The notes: generated from the sequence alone by a model not told the origin. A stretch of DNA of 64,000 nucleotides from Vulcanimicrobiota bacterium (GCA_003135555.1 PLCF01000072.1:19470-83469); one strand, 5' to 3'; positions 1 through 11,186 are shown, counted from the stretch's first letter. Made by a program: numbers and translations.

Positions 1-966
<966 letters not shown>

Positions 967-1084
967 TCCGGGACCCTCCGCCCAGCTACTCCCGGCCGCA
1001 GCGGCGCGGCACCTCTCGCCGCTTGCTTGGCGGAGGAGCGCCCCCGGACGGGGCCGCATCCTTGACTCCCAGGAGGGACCGCGC

Positions 1085-1639
1085 ATGACCACGCTCCACG
1101 GCATCGACGATCTGGTCGTCGCGCTACGGGAGCTCGGCGAGGTGCTGCAGCCGGTGCGCGTCGCTGCGACGCTGCGCGGTGTCCGGATCGATCCGCGCAC
1201 GCTCGAGCCGTTCATGACCTGGTCGCCCGGGCGTTACACGCGCAACCTCGTCGCGCGCGACTCCGCCTTCGAGCTCATCGCGATCTGCTGGGAGAAAGAC
1301 GCGCGCTCGATGATCCACGACCACGCCGACTCCGACTGCGCGTTCGTGCTGCAAACCGGCGCGATCACCTGTGAGAACTATCGGGTCGCGTATCCCGACG
1401 GGTTCGAAAAAGGGCCGTGCGATCTGCGCCGGACCACCACGCGCACGCTACGCGAAGGCGAGATCGATATGCGCAGCGGCCACCTCTCGGTCCATCGAGT
1501 CGGCTCGTGCAACGGCCGCGCCGTCACGTTGCACGTCTACGCCAAGCCGATCGATCGTTGCACCGTTTTCGACGAGGACGGGACGACGAAGATCATGCCC
1601 TCACACTACGATACGGTCCCGTCGCCGGCAGCAGGGTAG
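1085..1639 (+). CDS. cysteine dioxygenase-family (cupin thiol dioxygenase) protein
   Basis: YTRNLV, ICW, IHDH, SVHRV and LHVY motifs of CDO type I. AGGAGG RBS precedes the ATG at 1085. Confidence 0.85.
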   Translation: MTTLHGIDDLVVALRELGEVLQPVRVAATLRGVRIDPRTLEPFMTWSPGRYTRNLVARDSAFELIAICWEKDARSMIHDHADSDCAFVLQTGAITCENYRVAYPDGFEKGPCDLRRTTTRTLREGEIDMRSGHLSVHRVGSCNGRAVTLHVYAKPIDRCTVFDEDGTTKIMPSHYDTVPSPAAG

Positions 1640-1747
1640 CGAGCGCACGACTGTTGCCGCGCGGGCGCGTCGCACGGATACTCGACGTATCTAACGGCGC
1701 GCGCAACACGTGGGCCGATTTGCTTTACCATCGAGGGGTGAGGGTGT

Positions 1748-2320
1748 ATGAATCCGTTCCGTTCAGGCCGGCTCTTCAGCGCGGTGGCTAGTGTTTTCTT
1801 CATCGCGACGGTCGGCGTCGCGTTCAATGGTTGCGGTTCGTCCGCGGCGACATCGGCAGTGCCGACCCGGCAGCCGGAGGGCAACGTCAGACACGTGAAA
1901 GACGCGGCTGCCCCCGGTGGCCCCAGTGACCCCACTGAGCCCCCCGGTAGCCCTGTTAATTGGAGTCCCCCCACGCCGGTGCCCGCTACGTCGCCTCCGG
2001 ATCCGGCATGCAACGGGCTCAGCCCCTCGTCCAGCTGTTTTGGCCCGGGGGCGTCGCCGCCGACGCCGAACCTCAACCCGCAATTCATCGACCAGTTCGG
2101 CATGGCGTGCGATCCGATGAATCCCAAGAAGACGATGGACGGCTCGATGCAGGTATGCTCGCTGAATCCTGGTTGGGATTCTTCCGGGACGCCCCTCAAT
2201 CCGGTGCACAACGGGATCGATCTTTCGAACTATCAACCACAGTGCACCGATATCTACGGCAGCCTGATGAACTCCGCCAGTTACCACCAGTGCTACAAGA
2301 TGCGGATGTGGGTCAACTAG
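1748..2320 (+). CDS. hypothetical Pro/Cys-rich secreted (probable lipo)protein
   Basis: Hydrophobic N-terminus ending VAFNGC, a Pro-rich linker and several Cys. GAGGG RBS upstream. Confidence 0.6.
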   Translation: MNPFRSGRLFSAVASVFFIATVGVAFNGCGSSAATSAVPTRQPEGNVRHVKDAAAPGGPSDPTEPPGSPVNWSPPTPVPATSPPDPACNGLSPSSSCFGPGASPPTPNLNPQFIDQFGMACDPMNPKKTMDGSMQVCSLNPGWDSSGTPLNPVHNGIDLSNYQPQCTDIYGSLMNSASYHQCYKMRMWVN

Positions 2321-2420
2321 CGCGCTGAGCGCCGCAGAGCTCGTCGAAGCGTGAGCGAATGTGGCTCATGCTTCGACGGCGCTCAGCACGACAATGAGGA
2401 CCCCTGTCACCCCGACGTGG
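2321..2420. repeat. REP-like palindromic element (TTCGAC..GCTCA / TGTCA family) between convergent genes
   Basis: GCTGAGCGCCG..GTCGAAGCGTGAGC (2324-2356) pairs with GCTCATGCTTCGACGGCGCTCAGC (2364-2387). TGTCACCCCGACGTGG (2405-2420) is a near-exact reverse complement (one mismatch) of the tail of the 46589/47363 repeats. Confidence 0.7.
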
Positions 2421-2421
2421 G

Positions 2422-3669
2422 TTAGCCTCCGCAGGCGTTGCAGGCGGGGTGGGTGCGGTCGTAGACAGGCTGCTTGAGGTACTCCGCGGGGTTGTAGGTC
2501 CAGAACTGCGAGACGTTCGGGTAGGTTTGGACGACGACGTTTTGCAGCTGTGAGCCTTGCTTCTCGACGCGGCGGATGTAGATGTTCTGCACGGGGTTGC
2601 CACGGTCGTCGAGGTGGACCGGACCGCGTGGTGCGTCGGTGATGCGCACGGCGCGCATCGCCTTGACGAACGCCACGGCATCGCCGGAATTACCCTTCAC
2701 GGCGGCGAGGCCGCGGTCAAGGTACTGGGCGCCGACGTACGTGCCTTCGGCGTAGTACGACGGTTCGTGACCGTACGCTTTCGTATACGCGGCGACGAAC
2801 TTGTCGTTGGCGGGCGACTTGAGCGCGGCGGTGTATTGCAGCGCCGTGACCATCCCGGCCGCGTCGGGCGTGTCTTGGAGCGTACTCTCGTCAGTAGTGT
2901 TGCCCTGACAGATCAGCGGCATCTTCAGACCGAACGCTTTGTACTGCTTGACGAAGTTGACCGCGGCCGCACCGGAGTAGCTGCACATCACCGCGTCAAC
3001 GTCACGGGGAAGGGCCGACAGGAACGGCGAGTAGTCCGACGTCACCAGCGGCGTCCAGACTTGTTTGGTGACCTTGCCGCCGTCGCGTTGGAACGTGTCG
3101 ACGAAGCCGCCCAGGCTCTCCCAGCCGAAGCTGAAGTCGTAGGCGATCGTTGCGACCTTGCGATACTTGAGCGTCTTGTAGGCGTAGTCGCCGAGCACGT
3201 GCGTCGGCTGGCTGCTGGTCCACTCGGTGCGCACGATATAGTCGCTGGGCGTGCGCTGCGTGATGTCGTCCGACGATACGATCGGGTAGACCGCGGCGAC
3301 CTTGTGTTGTTCGATGTAGGGCACGATCGCCGAGCCGACGGCGGCGGAGAGCGGGCCGAACACGACATCGACGTGATCTTGCTCGACGAGCTTGCGGATC
3401 TGCGTGAGGCCGACCGACGGATTGCCTTGATCGTCGGCGACGTCCACCTCGACCTTCATCCCGCCCAGCGTGTTGTTGTGCTCCTTGAGGTACAGCTCGA
3501 GCCCTTCTTGCATGTACTTGCCGGGGGCCGCGAAGACGCCGGTCACCGGATACAAGAACCCGATCTTGAAGGTCTTGGCCTGCGCGCGTGCATCGTGGGT
3601 CTGGGCGCCCACGCTTCCCAGCGCGAAAGCGGCCGCGGCGATCGCGGCCAAACGCTTGACGTTGGTCAT
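2422..3669 (-). CDS. ABC transporter substrate-binding protein (LivJ/K-like, aromatic-compound subgroup)
   Basis: Signal peptide MTNVKRLAAIAAAA, KIGFLYPVTG, DDQGNP and the C-terminal APRGP..D..GNPVQNIY..VSQFW motif. The ATG overlaps the upstream stop (ATGA). Confidence 0.92.
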   Translation of the reverse strand: MTNVKRLAAIAAAAFALGSVGAQTHDARAQAKTFKIGFLYPVTGVFAAPGKYMQEGLELYLKEHNNTLGGMKVEVDVADDQGNPSVGLTQIRKLVEQDHVDVVFGPLSAAVGSAIVPYIEQHKVAAVYPIVSSDDITQRTPSDYIVRTEWTSSQPTHVLGDYAYKTLKYRKVATIAYDFSFGWESLGGFVDTFQRDGGKVTKQVWTPLVTSDYSPFLSALPRDVDAVMCSYSGAAAVNFVKQYKAFGLKMPLICQGNTTDESTLQDTPDAAGMVTALQYTAALKSPANDKFVAAYTKAYGHEPSYYAEGTYVGAQYLDRGLAAVKGNSGDAVAFVKAMRAVRITDAPRGPVHLDDRGNPVQNIYIRRVEKQGSQLQNVVVQTYPNVSQFWTYNPAEYLKQPVYDRTHPACNACGG

Positions 3670-4940
3670 TTGGTGTACCCCTGGAAGCTCGGCGAGTAGA
3701 CAGGCTGTTTGAGATAATCGGCGACCTTGTACGTCCAGAACTGCGAGACGTGCGGATAGGTCTTGATGACGACGTTCCAAGTCTTGGCGTACTTCGCCGC
3801 GTCGCCGCTGGTCGCGACGACTTTGCGCACGTAGACGTTCTCGACCGGCGCACCGTACTGGTCGAGCACCATCGGACCGAACGCCGACTCCGCGAGCTTG
3901 ATTTGGCGCACCGCGCCCAGGAACATCCCGGCGTCGCCGGTATTGCCGTGGATCTTGTCGATCGCTTGCCCGACCCATTGCGCGGCCGTGTAGAAGGAGG
4001 TCGCCATGTAGGACGGCAGCACGCCCTCGGCCTTTCCGTACTTGTCGATGAATGCGCGCGTCGGCGCCGCGTCACGCCCTTCGGCGAAGTGGCCGAAGCT
4101 CGTGATCCCCTCCACGATCTCCGGTGCGATCGACCGAATGTTGGACTGGTCGGTGGTCGTCTCGTTGGCGATCAACGGGATCTTGCTCTTGAGCCCGAGC
4201 GAGCTCCACTGCTGCAAGAAGTGCACTGCGTCGGCGCCGACCATCTCGACGAACAGCGCGTCGGGTTTGTCGGCTTGAATCTTGGAGATGTAGGGCGAGT
4301 AGTCGGCGGTGCCCAGCGGCGCCCAGACCTGATCGATGATCTTGCCGCCTTTCTCGCTGAACGTCTGCGCGAAACCGCCGGCGTTCTCGTAGCCGAAGGC
4401 GTAGCTGTTCGCCAGCGTCGCGACCTTGCGATACCCTTGCTCGTAGGCCCACACGCCGGCGACGTGCGTCGGCAGGCTCGAGCTCCAACCCGCGACCTTG
4501 ATTATGAACGCACTGGCCTGGCGCTGCGAGAGGTCGTCGGCCGAGACGGTCGGGAGAAACAGCGGGATACGGTGCGCGACCGTGTACGGCGCGACCGCCA
4601 GCCCTTCGTTGGCGAGGTACGGCCCGACGACCACCTGCGCGCCGTCCTGCTCGACGGCGTGCCGGGCTTGGTCGAGCGCATGGGCCGCATTCGAGGCGGT
4701 ATCGTAGACGGTAGTCTGAATCGTGCGGCCGCCGGCCTTGCCGCCGTGCTCTTTCCAGAACAGCTCCCAGCCGGCCACCATGTCGTGACCCGCGGCGGCG
4801 GCGGAGCCCGACGTCGGCGCGAGCAGCGCCACCTTGATCGGACCTGGGTCGGCCGAGCGCGACGGCGCCGGCGTGACGAGAGCGAGCGTCGCGAGCGCGA
4901 CGGCGAGGGCGGCGGTCTTCGCGGTGGTGGATGTCCTCAT
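3666..4940 (-). CDS. second ABC transporter substrate-binding protein (LivJ/K-like)
   Basis: Signal peptide and IKVALLAPTSG. Paralogous C-terminus TYPHVSQFWTY..YLKQPVY. Confidence 0.92.
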   Translation of the reverse strand: MRTSTTAKTAALAVALATLALVTPAPSRSADPGPIKVALLAPTSGSAAAAGHDMVAGWELFWKEHGGKAGGRTIQTTVYDTASNAAHALDQARHAVEQDGAQVVVGPYLANEGLAVAPYTVAHRIPLFLPTVSADDLSQRQASAFIIKVAGWSSSLPTHVAGVWAYEQGYRKVATLANSYAFGYENAGGFAQTFSEKGGKIIDQVWAPLGTADYSPYISKIQADKPDALFVEMVGADAVHFLQQWSSLGLKSKIPLIANETTTDQSNIRSIAPEIVEGITSFGHFAEGRDAAPTRAFIDKYGKAEGVLPSYMATSFYTAAQWVGQAIDKIHGNTGDAGMFLGAVRQIKLAESAFGPMVLDQYGAPVENVYVRKVVATSGDAAKYAKTWNVVIKTYPHVSQFWTYKVADYLKQPVYSPSFQGYTK

Positions 4941-4974
4941 CGATTCGATCCCTCCGGTATCGGTGCGAGCTGCG

Positions 4975-5676
4975 CTAGATGCCCAGGAACGTGGTTCGGA
5001 CCGCGTGGTCGGTGCGAAGGATCTCCGGATCGCCGTGAAACACGACCCGGCCTTTGCTGATGATGTACGCCGTATCCGCGACGGCCAACGCGAGCGGAAG
5101 ATTCTGCTCGACCAGGACGATCGCCAGACCGGTCTCTTTGAGCCGGCTCATCGTCGCTTCGAGTTCTCGCACGATAAGCGGCGCCAACCCTTCCGACGGC
5201 TCGTCCATGAGCAGCAAAACCGGGTTGGCCATGAGTGCCCGGCCGATTGCGAGCATCTGTTGCTCGCCGCCGCTGAGCTGCCCGCCGTAGTTCCCGCTGC
5301 GCTCGCGCAAGCGTGGAAACAGCTCGTAGACGGTCTCGGCGGTCCAGCGGCCCGGGCGGCCCGGGACGCCGCCCACGGCGAGGTTTTCCCGTACCGTGAG
5401 CGACGGGAAAATGCGCCGGCCCTGCGGCACGAGGCCGACGCCGCGGCGCGCGATCTCGTGCGACGGAAGCTTCTCGATCGCCTCGCCGGCGAACGCGACG
5501 CGGCCGGTTCGCGGCGGCGTGAACCCGATCACCGACCGGATGAGCGTCGTCTTGCCGACGCCGTTGCGCCCCAGCAGCGCGGTGACGGTGCCGCTCTCGG
5601 CCTGCATCGAGACGCCCTGGAGCACGTGGCTGTGCTCGTAGTAGGTGTGGATGTCGACGACGTCGAGCAGGCTCAC
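4975..5676 (-). CDS. ABC transporter ATP-binding protein (LivF-like)
   Basis: GRNGVGKTT, LSGGEQQMLAIGRAL and DEPSEGLAP. GTG start at 5676 overlaps the upstream stop. Confidence 0.93.
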   Translation of the reverse strand: MSLLDVVDIHTYYEHSHVLQGVSMQAESGTVTALLGRNGVGKTTLIRSVIGFTPPRTGRVAFAGEAIEKLPSHEIARRGVGLVPQGRRIFPSLTVRENLAVGGVPGRPGRWTAETVYELFPRLRERSGNYGGQLSGGEQQMLAIGRALMANPVLLLMDEPSEGLAPLIVRELEATMSRLKETGLAIVLVEQNLPLALAVADTAYIISKGRVVFHGDPEILRTDHAVRTTFLGI

Positions 5677-6470
5677 AACTTCCCGCCCAGATAGATCTCT
5701 TGCACGTTCGCGTCGCCGCGAATCGTGTCGAGCGGCCCGTCGGCGACGACGCGGCCATTGTGCAGAACCGTGAGCCGCTCGACGACGTCGAACACGACGC
5801 CCATGTCGTGCTCGATGAGCACCATCGTCACTCCCTCGCGCTCCGTCTTGAGCATCTCGGTGACGAGCGTTGCGTCGCCGGGGGCGAGCCCGGCCGTCGG
5901 CTCGTCGAGCAGCAGGAGTTTGGGGCGCTGCGCGAGCGCGAGCAGGATCTCGATCTGCCGCTTCTCGCCGTACCCCAGCGTGTCGACGACGGCGTTCGCG
6001 CGCCCCACCAAGCCGACGCGCTCGAGCAGCGCGCACGCCTCGGCGTCACGGGCGCGAAAACGGCTGCGCGGCGCGAGCAGCTGGAAGCGCTCGGCGCTGT
6101 GCGCCTGCAGCGCTAAGACCAGGTTCTCGACGACGGTGAGCCGCGGAAACAGCGTCGTGGTCTGAAACGTTCGCGCCATCCCGCGGCGCGCCCGGGCATA
6201 GGTGCTCAGGCGCGTGACGTCCCTGCCCAGAAACTGCACCGAGCCGCGGGTGGGCGGCAGTTCGCCGGCGATGATGTTGAAGAGCGTCGACTTGCCCGCG
6301 CCGTTGGGACCGATGATCCCGCAGCGCTCGCCGGTGCGGATCGACAGCGAGACGTCTTCGAGCACGCGCACGTTGCCGAAGCGTTTCGAGACTCCGTCGA
6401 GCGCGAGGCAGACGCCGGCGGGCGCGGCCATGTCATCCTGACCGTTCGACGGGCTCACGGGAACGATCAC
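5673..6470 (-). CDS. ABC transporter ATP-binding protein (LivG-like)
   Basis: GPNGAGKST, LLLDEPTAG and IEHDM. Start is GTG 6470 (coupled) or ATG 6431. Confidence 0.92.
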   Translation of the reverse strand: MIVPVSPSNGQDDMAAPAGVCLALDGVSKRFGNVRVLEDVSLSIRTGERCGIIGPNGAGKSTLFNIIAGELPPTRGSVQFLGRDVTRLSTYARARRGMARTFQTTTLFPRLTVVENLVLALQAHSAERFQLLAPRSRFRARDAEACALLERVGLVGRANAVVDTLGYGEKRQIEILLALAQRPKLLLLDEPTAGLAPGDATLVTEMLKTEREGVTMVLIEHDMGVVFDVVERLTVLHNGRVVADGPLDTIRGDANVQEIYLGGKL

Positions 6471-7444
6471 GGTTCCTCGGTCGCGAGCGCGGCGCGGCGC
6501 CCGCGCAGGCGCGCCCACAGCCGCGGTATGAGCGCGACCAGGCCGCCCGGCGCGTACATCACCACGGCGAAGTAGACCAGACCCAAGATCATCTCCCAGC
6601 GCTGCGTCACCGCGCTGAGCTCGTTGCTGAGAAAGACGACGACGAAGGCGCCGAAGAGCTGACCGTAGAGCGTCCCGATGCCGCCCAAGATCACCATGAT
6701 AAGGATTTGGGTCGTCTGGTCGAGCGAGAGCGTGACCGGTCCGACGAACTGGTTGTACCAGGCGAACAAGACGCCCGCCATTCCCGCAAACCCCGCCGAC
6801 AGCATCAGCGCGAGATACCGGTAGAGCCACACGTTGTAGCCCAGTGCGAGCATGCGGCGCGGCGTCTCCCGGACGCCCTTGAGCACCAAGCCGAAGGGCG
6901 ACCGCACGACGATCAACAACAGCGCGAGCGCGAGGACGAAAAATGCCAAGCAGACGTAGTAGTAGCCGGTGTTCGCGGAGACGTCGAACGGCCCGACGTG
7001 CGGGCGCACGATCCCGGTGATCCCGTTGTCGCCGCCGCTCACCGAGACCCACTGGTAGGCCAGACCCCAGACGATCTCGTTGAGCGCGATCGTCATAATG
7101 ATGAACCCCACGCCTTCGCTGCGCAACGCGACCAGGCCGAAGAGCGCCGCCGTCAACACCGCTGCGACGATCCCCAGCACGATCACCTCGGCGAAGCCGG
7201 TGATGTGGAAGCGCGTCGCGCCGATCGCCACGGTATAGGCGCCCACACCGAACAGTGCCGCTTGACTGAAGTTCACGAGGCCGGTGAAGCCGACGAGCAG
7301 GTCGAGGCTCATCGCGACGATCGCATAGATCCACGTCTGCGTCAGCAACGAGATATAGAACGTCGGCACGCCCAGACGCGGCAGCAGCAGCGCGACGATC
7401 AGGCCCGTCGCCGCGGCGATCGCCCAGCGCGTGCGCACGCTCAT
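6467..7444 (-). CDS. ABC transporter permease (LivM-like)
   Basis: SLDLLVGFTGLVNFSQAALFGVGAY, GGDNG, RSPFG and MVILGG. ATG at 7444 is coupled to the upstream stop. Confidence 0.92.
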   Translation of the reverse strand: MSVRTRWAIAAATGLIVALLLPRLGVPTFYISLLTQTWIYAIVAMSLDLLVGFTGLVNFSQAALFGVGAYTVAIGATRFHITGFAEVIVLGIVAAVLTAALFGLVALRSEGVGFIIMTIALNEIVWGLAYQWVSVSGGDNGITGIVRPHVGPFDVSANTGYYYVCLAFFVLALALLLIVVRSPFGLVLKGVRETPRRMLALGYNVWLYRYLALMLSAGFAGMAGVLFAWYNQFVGPVTLSLDQTTQILIMVILGGIGTLYGQLFGAFVVVFLSNELSAVTQRWEMILGLVYFAVVMYAPGGLVALIPRLWARLRGRRAALATEEP

Positions 7445-8304
7445 AGCTTTCTCCCGAACAACCCTTGCGGGCGGAACGCCATGATGAGCGCGACCGGGAC
7501 GAAGATCGTGAAGTAGGACAGCTCGGGGAACATCGCCTTGCCGAACGCATTGACCAGACCGATCAGCAGGCTGCCCACGAAGGCCCCCGTCAGGCTGCCC
7601 ATTCCGCCCACGATGACGACGGCGAAGGCCAGCGGCAGGAGCTCGCCGTCGAGCCCGGGGTAGGCACTGGTGATGGGGCCGCCCAGCATCCCGCCCAGCC
7701 CCGCGATGAGCGCGCCCGCCGCGAAAACGATGTAGAAGGCGCGATTGACGTCGACGCCCAGCCCGCGCGCCATCTCCTCGTCGTCGACGCTGGCGCGAAT
7801 GATCACGCCCAGCATCGTGCGCTGCAGCGACAGAAACATGATCGCCGCAATGAGAAAGCTGATCCCGATGAGCGCGAGCCAGTATTGAGGGAAGACCAGC
7901 GAACCGACGGTGATCGAGCCGCCCAGCATCGCCGGCGGCGCGATGGCGTGCGGGTCGCCGCCCCAGCGCGCCAGGATTCCGTCGTCGAGGATGAGCGCGA
8001 AGCCTAAGGTGAGCAGCAACGACGTGAGCGGGTCGGCGTGATAGCGGTGCAGGAAGGCGCTGTACACCGCCAGCCCCAGCGCCATCGTCAACACGCCGCC
8101 GGCCAGTCCGGCGAGCCAGAAGTTCCACCCTTGCCCGACCAAGGAGAGCCCGATGTAGGCGCCCAGCAGATAGAACGCCGTCTGCGCGAGATTGATGATG
8201 CGCATCAGCCCGAAGATCAGCGTGAGACCCGAGGCGATCAGAAACAGCAGACTTCCGTAGGCGAGCCCGCCGAGAGCGTTTTGGACGTAGAACTGGATGC
8301 CCAT
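7441..8304 (-). CDS. ABC transporter permease (LivH-like)
   Basis: GLTLIFGLMRIINLA, VIVGGMGS and RPQGLFG. Confidence 0.93.
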   Translation of the reverse strand: MGIQFYVQNALGGLAYGSLLFLIASGLTLIFGLMRIINLAQTAFYLLGAYIGLSLVGQGWNFWLAGLAGGVLTMALGLAVYSAFLHRYHADPLTSLLLTLGFALILDDGILARWGGDPHAIAPPAMLGGSITVGSLVFPQYWLALIGISFLIAAIMFLSLQRTMLGVIIRASVDDEEMARGLGVDVNRAFYIVFAAGALIAGLGGMLGGPITSAYPGLDGELLPLAFAVVIVGGMGSLTGAFVGSLLIGLVNAFGKAMFPELSYFTIFVPVALIMAFRPQGLFGRKL

Positions 8305-8323
8305 CGATCCTCGCGCTACACCG

Positions 8324-9217
8324 TTACGGGTCGGCCGGAAGTCCGGCCATGGTTTTCAAGACCGAGGCGATGGCGGCGGTGTCCTGTTTTCCGCGGCCCT
8401 GCGCCAACGCCGCGGCGTAGAACGCGGCACTCTGCGTGAATAGCGGCGTCGGCGCTCCGACCTCCTGGGCGAACGCCGTGATGATGTCGATGTCTTTCTG
8501 ATACACGTCGAGCTTCATCGTGGGCTCGTCGTAGTGCCCGGCGACCATCATCGGGCCGCGCACGCCGAGCATGCGCGAGGCGCCCGCGCCGTCGCCGACC
8601 ACCTCGAGCATGAGTGCCGGGTCGACCCCGGACTTGAGCGCGAGCACCACGGCTTCCGCCGTCGAGAGGTTGTGAATCGTGACCAGCAGGTTGGCGATGT
8701 ACTTGAGCTTCGAGCCGGCGCCGAACTCACCGACGTACCGGACCGAACGCGCCGTCGCCGCCAGGACGTGCGCGGCGGCGTCAGACGCCGCGCGGTCGCC
8801 GCTGACGTAGAAGACGATGTCCTTGACGACCGCTTGCGAGCCGGTGCCGCTGACCGGCGCGTCGAGCAGCGTCACGCCGCGCTCGGCCAGGCGCGCGCGG
8901 GCGCGTTCCTTCACCGCCAGCGGGAGCGTGCTGGCTTCCACCACGACGAGCCCGGCGCGGGCGCCCGCGGCCAGCCCGTCCGGGTCGAACAATGCCGCCT
9001 GGAGCGCCGCTGCGCTGGGCAGCGCGGTGATCACGAAGTCCGCATCTTGCGCGAGCGCGCGCGGCGTCCCGGCGGCGCTGCCGCCGCGCTGTCCGAAGCG
9101 CTGCGTCGCGCCGGCCGCGACATCGAACCCGGTCGTAACGAACCCCGCGTCGATGAGATGACCGGCGTAGGCGGAGCCCATGATCCCCAGGCCGATCACC
9201 CCGACGCGGTTCGACAC
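8324..9217 (-). CDS. NAD(P)-dependent oxidoreductase, 3-hydroxyisobutyrate dehydrogenase family
   Basis: GVIGLGIMG, LDAPVSG and GAGSKLK..ANLL. Confidence 0.9.
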   Translation of the reverse strand: MSNRVGVIGLGIMGSAYAGHLIDAGFVTTGFDVAAGATQRFGQRGGSAAGTPRALAQDADFVITALPSAAALQAALFDPDGLAAGARAGLVVVEASTLPLAVKERARARLAERGVTLLDAPVSGTGSQAVVKDIVFYVSGDRAASDAAAHVLAATARSVRYVGEFGAGSKLKYIANLLVTIHNLSTAEAVVLALKSGVDPALMLEVVGDGAGASRMLGVRGPMMVAGHYDEPTMKLDVYQKDIDIITAFAQEVGAPTPLFTQSAAFYAAALAQGRGKQDTAAIASVLKTMAGLPADP

Positions 9218-9220
9218 CGG

Positions 9221-10330
9221 CTACGCGACCGACGTGCGGCGCGCGGCGGCGAGCGCGGCGTTGACGCGCGGCATGACCTCAGTCGCCATCAGCTCCATCG
9301 AGCGCCGCGCCAGCGCCGCGTCGGCCCAGTCGTGACCGGCATAGAGGAGCGTGCCGAAATCACCGATCGCGGCGCGGAATGCCAACAGTTGCTCCACGAC
9401 GGAGTCGACCGTCCCGCAGATCACCAGCGAGTCGAGGACGTAGTCCAGGGTGATGGCGGAGTCGGGCATCTCGCGGTTGGCCTTGAACAGCTCGGGCCGG
9501 CCGTTGCCGATCAGCTTCGTCATCAGCGACTTGAAGTAGTAGGCATAGGGTCCGTCGTGCCCCTTGGCGTAGCGCCGCGCCGTCGCATCGTCGTCGGCGA
9601 CGAAGACGCTCTTGGCGACGCGCCAGTCGACCGGATCGGCGGTGCGCTTGCCGTTCGCGCAACCCTCCTGATACTTGGGCCAGTGCGAGGCGACCCAATT
9701 GGGCTGCAGGAAGTTCGCCGAGATCGGCGTCCAGCCGCGTTCGGCCGCCGCGACGACGCCCTTCGAAAACGGGGCGACGGCGGTGACGACGATGGGCGGG
9801 TGCGGCTGCTGATAGGGCTTGACGATGCTGCCCTGGCCGGTCTCGCGATTCATCGTGCGCCGCGTCGAGAGCGACCAGTACTCGCCCGCAAGGTCGTAGG
9901 GCGCCTCGCCGGCCCAGATCGCCAACACTTGGTCGATCGCTTCGACGAACATGGCCGTGCGATCGCGGTCGAGGTTGCCGAAGGCCTCCGCGTCGGAGAG
10001 CAAACCGCCCGGACTGATGCCGAAAAGAAACCGTCCTTCGAGCAAGTGATCGATCATTGCAACCTGCGCGGCGACTTGCGCCGGATGGTTGTTGGGGAGA
10101 TTGACGGTGCCGCTGCCCAGGACGATTTTGCTGGTGCGGTCCAGCAGCGACGCGATGAAGCTCAGGCACGACGTCACGGGCTCGGCGAGATCGGTGACGT
10201 GCTCGCCGACGAATGCCTCGACGAAGCCGAGCTCCTCGGCCAGGACGATCGCTTCGCGGTCTTCCTTGAGCACCTCGGTGTAGTTGCGCGACGGGGGGTG
10301 AAGGGGCATCGTGAAGTAGCCGAGCCGCAT
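9221..10330 (-). CDS. LLM-class flavin-dependent monooxygenase
   Basis: LAEELGF.EAFVGEH, LGSGTVNLPNNHPAQVA, EGRFLFGISPG and KPYQQPHPPI. Confidence 0.9.
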   Translation of the reverse strand: MRLGYFTMPLHPPSRNYTEVLKEDREAIVLAEELGFVEAFVGEHVTDLAEPVTSCLSFIASLLDRTSKIVLGSGTVNLPNNHPAQVAAQVAMIDHLLEGRFLFGISPGGLLSDAEAFGNLDRDRTAMFVEAIDQVLAIWAGEAPYDLAGEYWSLSTRRTMNRETGQGSIVKPYQQPHPPIVVTAVAPFSKGVVAAAERGWTPISANFLQPNWVASHWPKYQEGCANGKRTADPVDWRVAKSVFVADDDATARRYAKGHDGPYAYYFKSLMTKLIGNGRPELFKANREMPDSAITLDYVLDSLVICGTVDSVVEQLLAFRAAIGDFGTLLYAGHDWADAALARRSMELMATEVMPRVNAALAAARRTSVA

Positions 10331-10355
10331 CCGCGATCCTCCGCCCCAAACCCGC

Positions 10356-10371
10356 TATCTATCGACCGATC
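10356..10371. promoter_or_regulatory. putative TetR operator, site 1
   Basis: TATCTATCGACCGAT, an imperfect ATC-NN-TCGA-NN-GAT palindrome, between the divergent LLM and tetR genes. The 10-mer recurs inverted at 12228-12237. Confidence 0.45.
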
Positions 10372-10502
10372 ACCCAAATCGAGCGCCGGCGCGGCCTCGG
10401 GGTCGGGACGTGTTCACGCGGCCCGACGCTTTTCCTTGCGCCGCCGCAGCTGCGCTCCGGACGGCGACAGGAGGCGCGCTGATTATCGCCATATCAGCAC
10501 GG

Positions 10503-11186
10503 ATGGCCTCGAAGAGGCGGCTCTCGGCCGACGAGCGCGAGCGTCTCATCGCCCGCGGTGCGGTGGCGTTCTTCTGTGAGGCCGGCTTCGGCGGGCAGAC
10601 GCGCGAGCTGGCGAAGCGGCTGGGGGTCACGCAGCCCCTGCTCTACCGCTACTTCCCCAACAAAGAAGCGCTGATCGATCGCGTCTACCGCGAGGTCTAC
10701 CTCAACCGCTGGGACCCGCGCTGGGAAGAGCTGCTCGACGACGACTCGCGCCCGGCGCGCGAACGGATCATCGCCTTCTACCGCGACTACGCCAAGGCCG
10801 TGCTGAGCTACGAGTGGATCCGCATCTTCATGTTCTCGGGTTTGCGCGGGATGAACCTCAACAGCCGGTATCTCACGCTGGTACGCGACCGGATCTACAC
10901 GCGGGTGATCCGCGAGGTTCGGCGCGAGTACGGTATGCCGTCACCGGCCGAGGTTCCGATCGGCGAGCTGGAGTTCGAGCTGGTGTGGGCACTGCACGCC
11001 AGCATCTTCTATATCGGGATCCGCAAGTGGATCTACGGCCTCGAGATCCCCGAGAACGTCGATGAGGTGGTCGAGAAGCTCGCCACGTCGTTCCTCGACG
11101 GCGTCCCGGCCGTCATGGCGCGTGCGCTGGAAGGGGCGCCGAAGACCCGCGCTGCGCGACCTCGTCGAGGTCGCGAGCGCGCGTAA
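10503..11186 (+). CDS. TetR/AcrR-family transcriptional regulator
   Basis: GFGGQTRELAKRLGVTQPLLYRYFPNKEAL helix-turn-helix. ATG at 10503. Confidence 0.92.
   Translation: MASKRRLSADERERLIARGAVAFFCEAGFGGQTRELAKRLGVTQPLLYRYFPNKEALIDRVYREVYLNRWDPRWEELLDDDSRPARERIIAFYRDYAKAVLSYEWIRIFMFSGLRGMNLNSRYLTLVRDRIYTRVIREVRREYGMPSPAEVPIGELEFELVWALHASIFYIGIRKWIYGLEIPENVDEVVEKLATSFLDGVPAVMARALEGAPKTRAARPRRGRERA

Noticed and set aside
4975..8128. Apparent long fusion ORFs in the ABC operon (5673-7550, 6467-8128, 4975-6036)
   Set aside because: The upstream extensions are off-frame readings of neighbouring genes. Coupled starts at 6470, 7444 and 5676 explain the operon.
8534..10579. 681-aa plus-strand ORF, and similar long ORFs at 13453-15195, 26490-28697, 56899-58287 and 61486-63381
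   Set aside because: Antisense or off-frame shadows of well-supported genes. They are expected in high-GC DNA and have no motifs.
11113..11186. 74-bp convergent overlap of tetR and the amidohydrolase
   Set aside because: Both tails are low-complexity extensions beyond the domains. This is common in GC-rich genomes.
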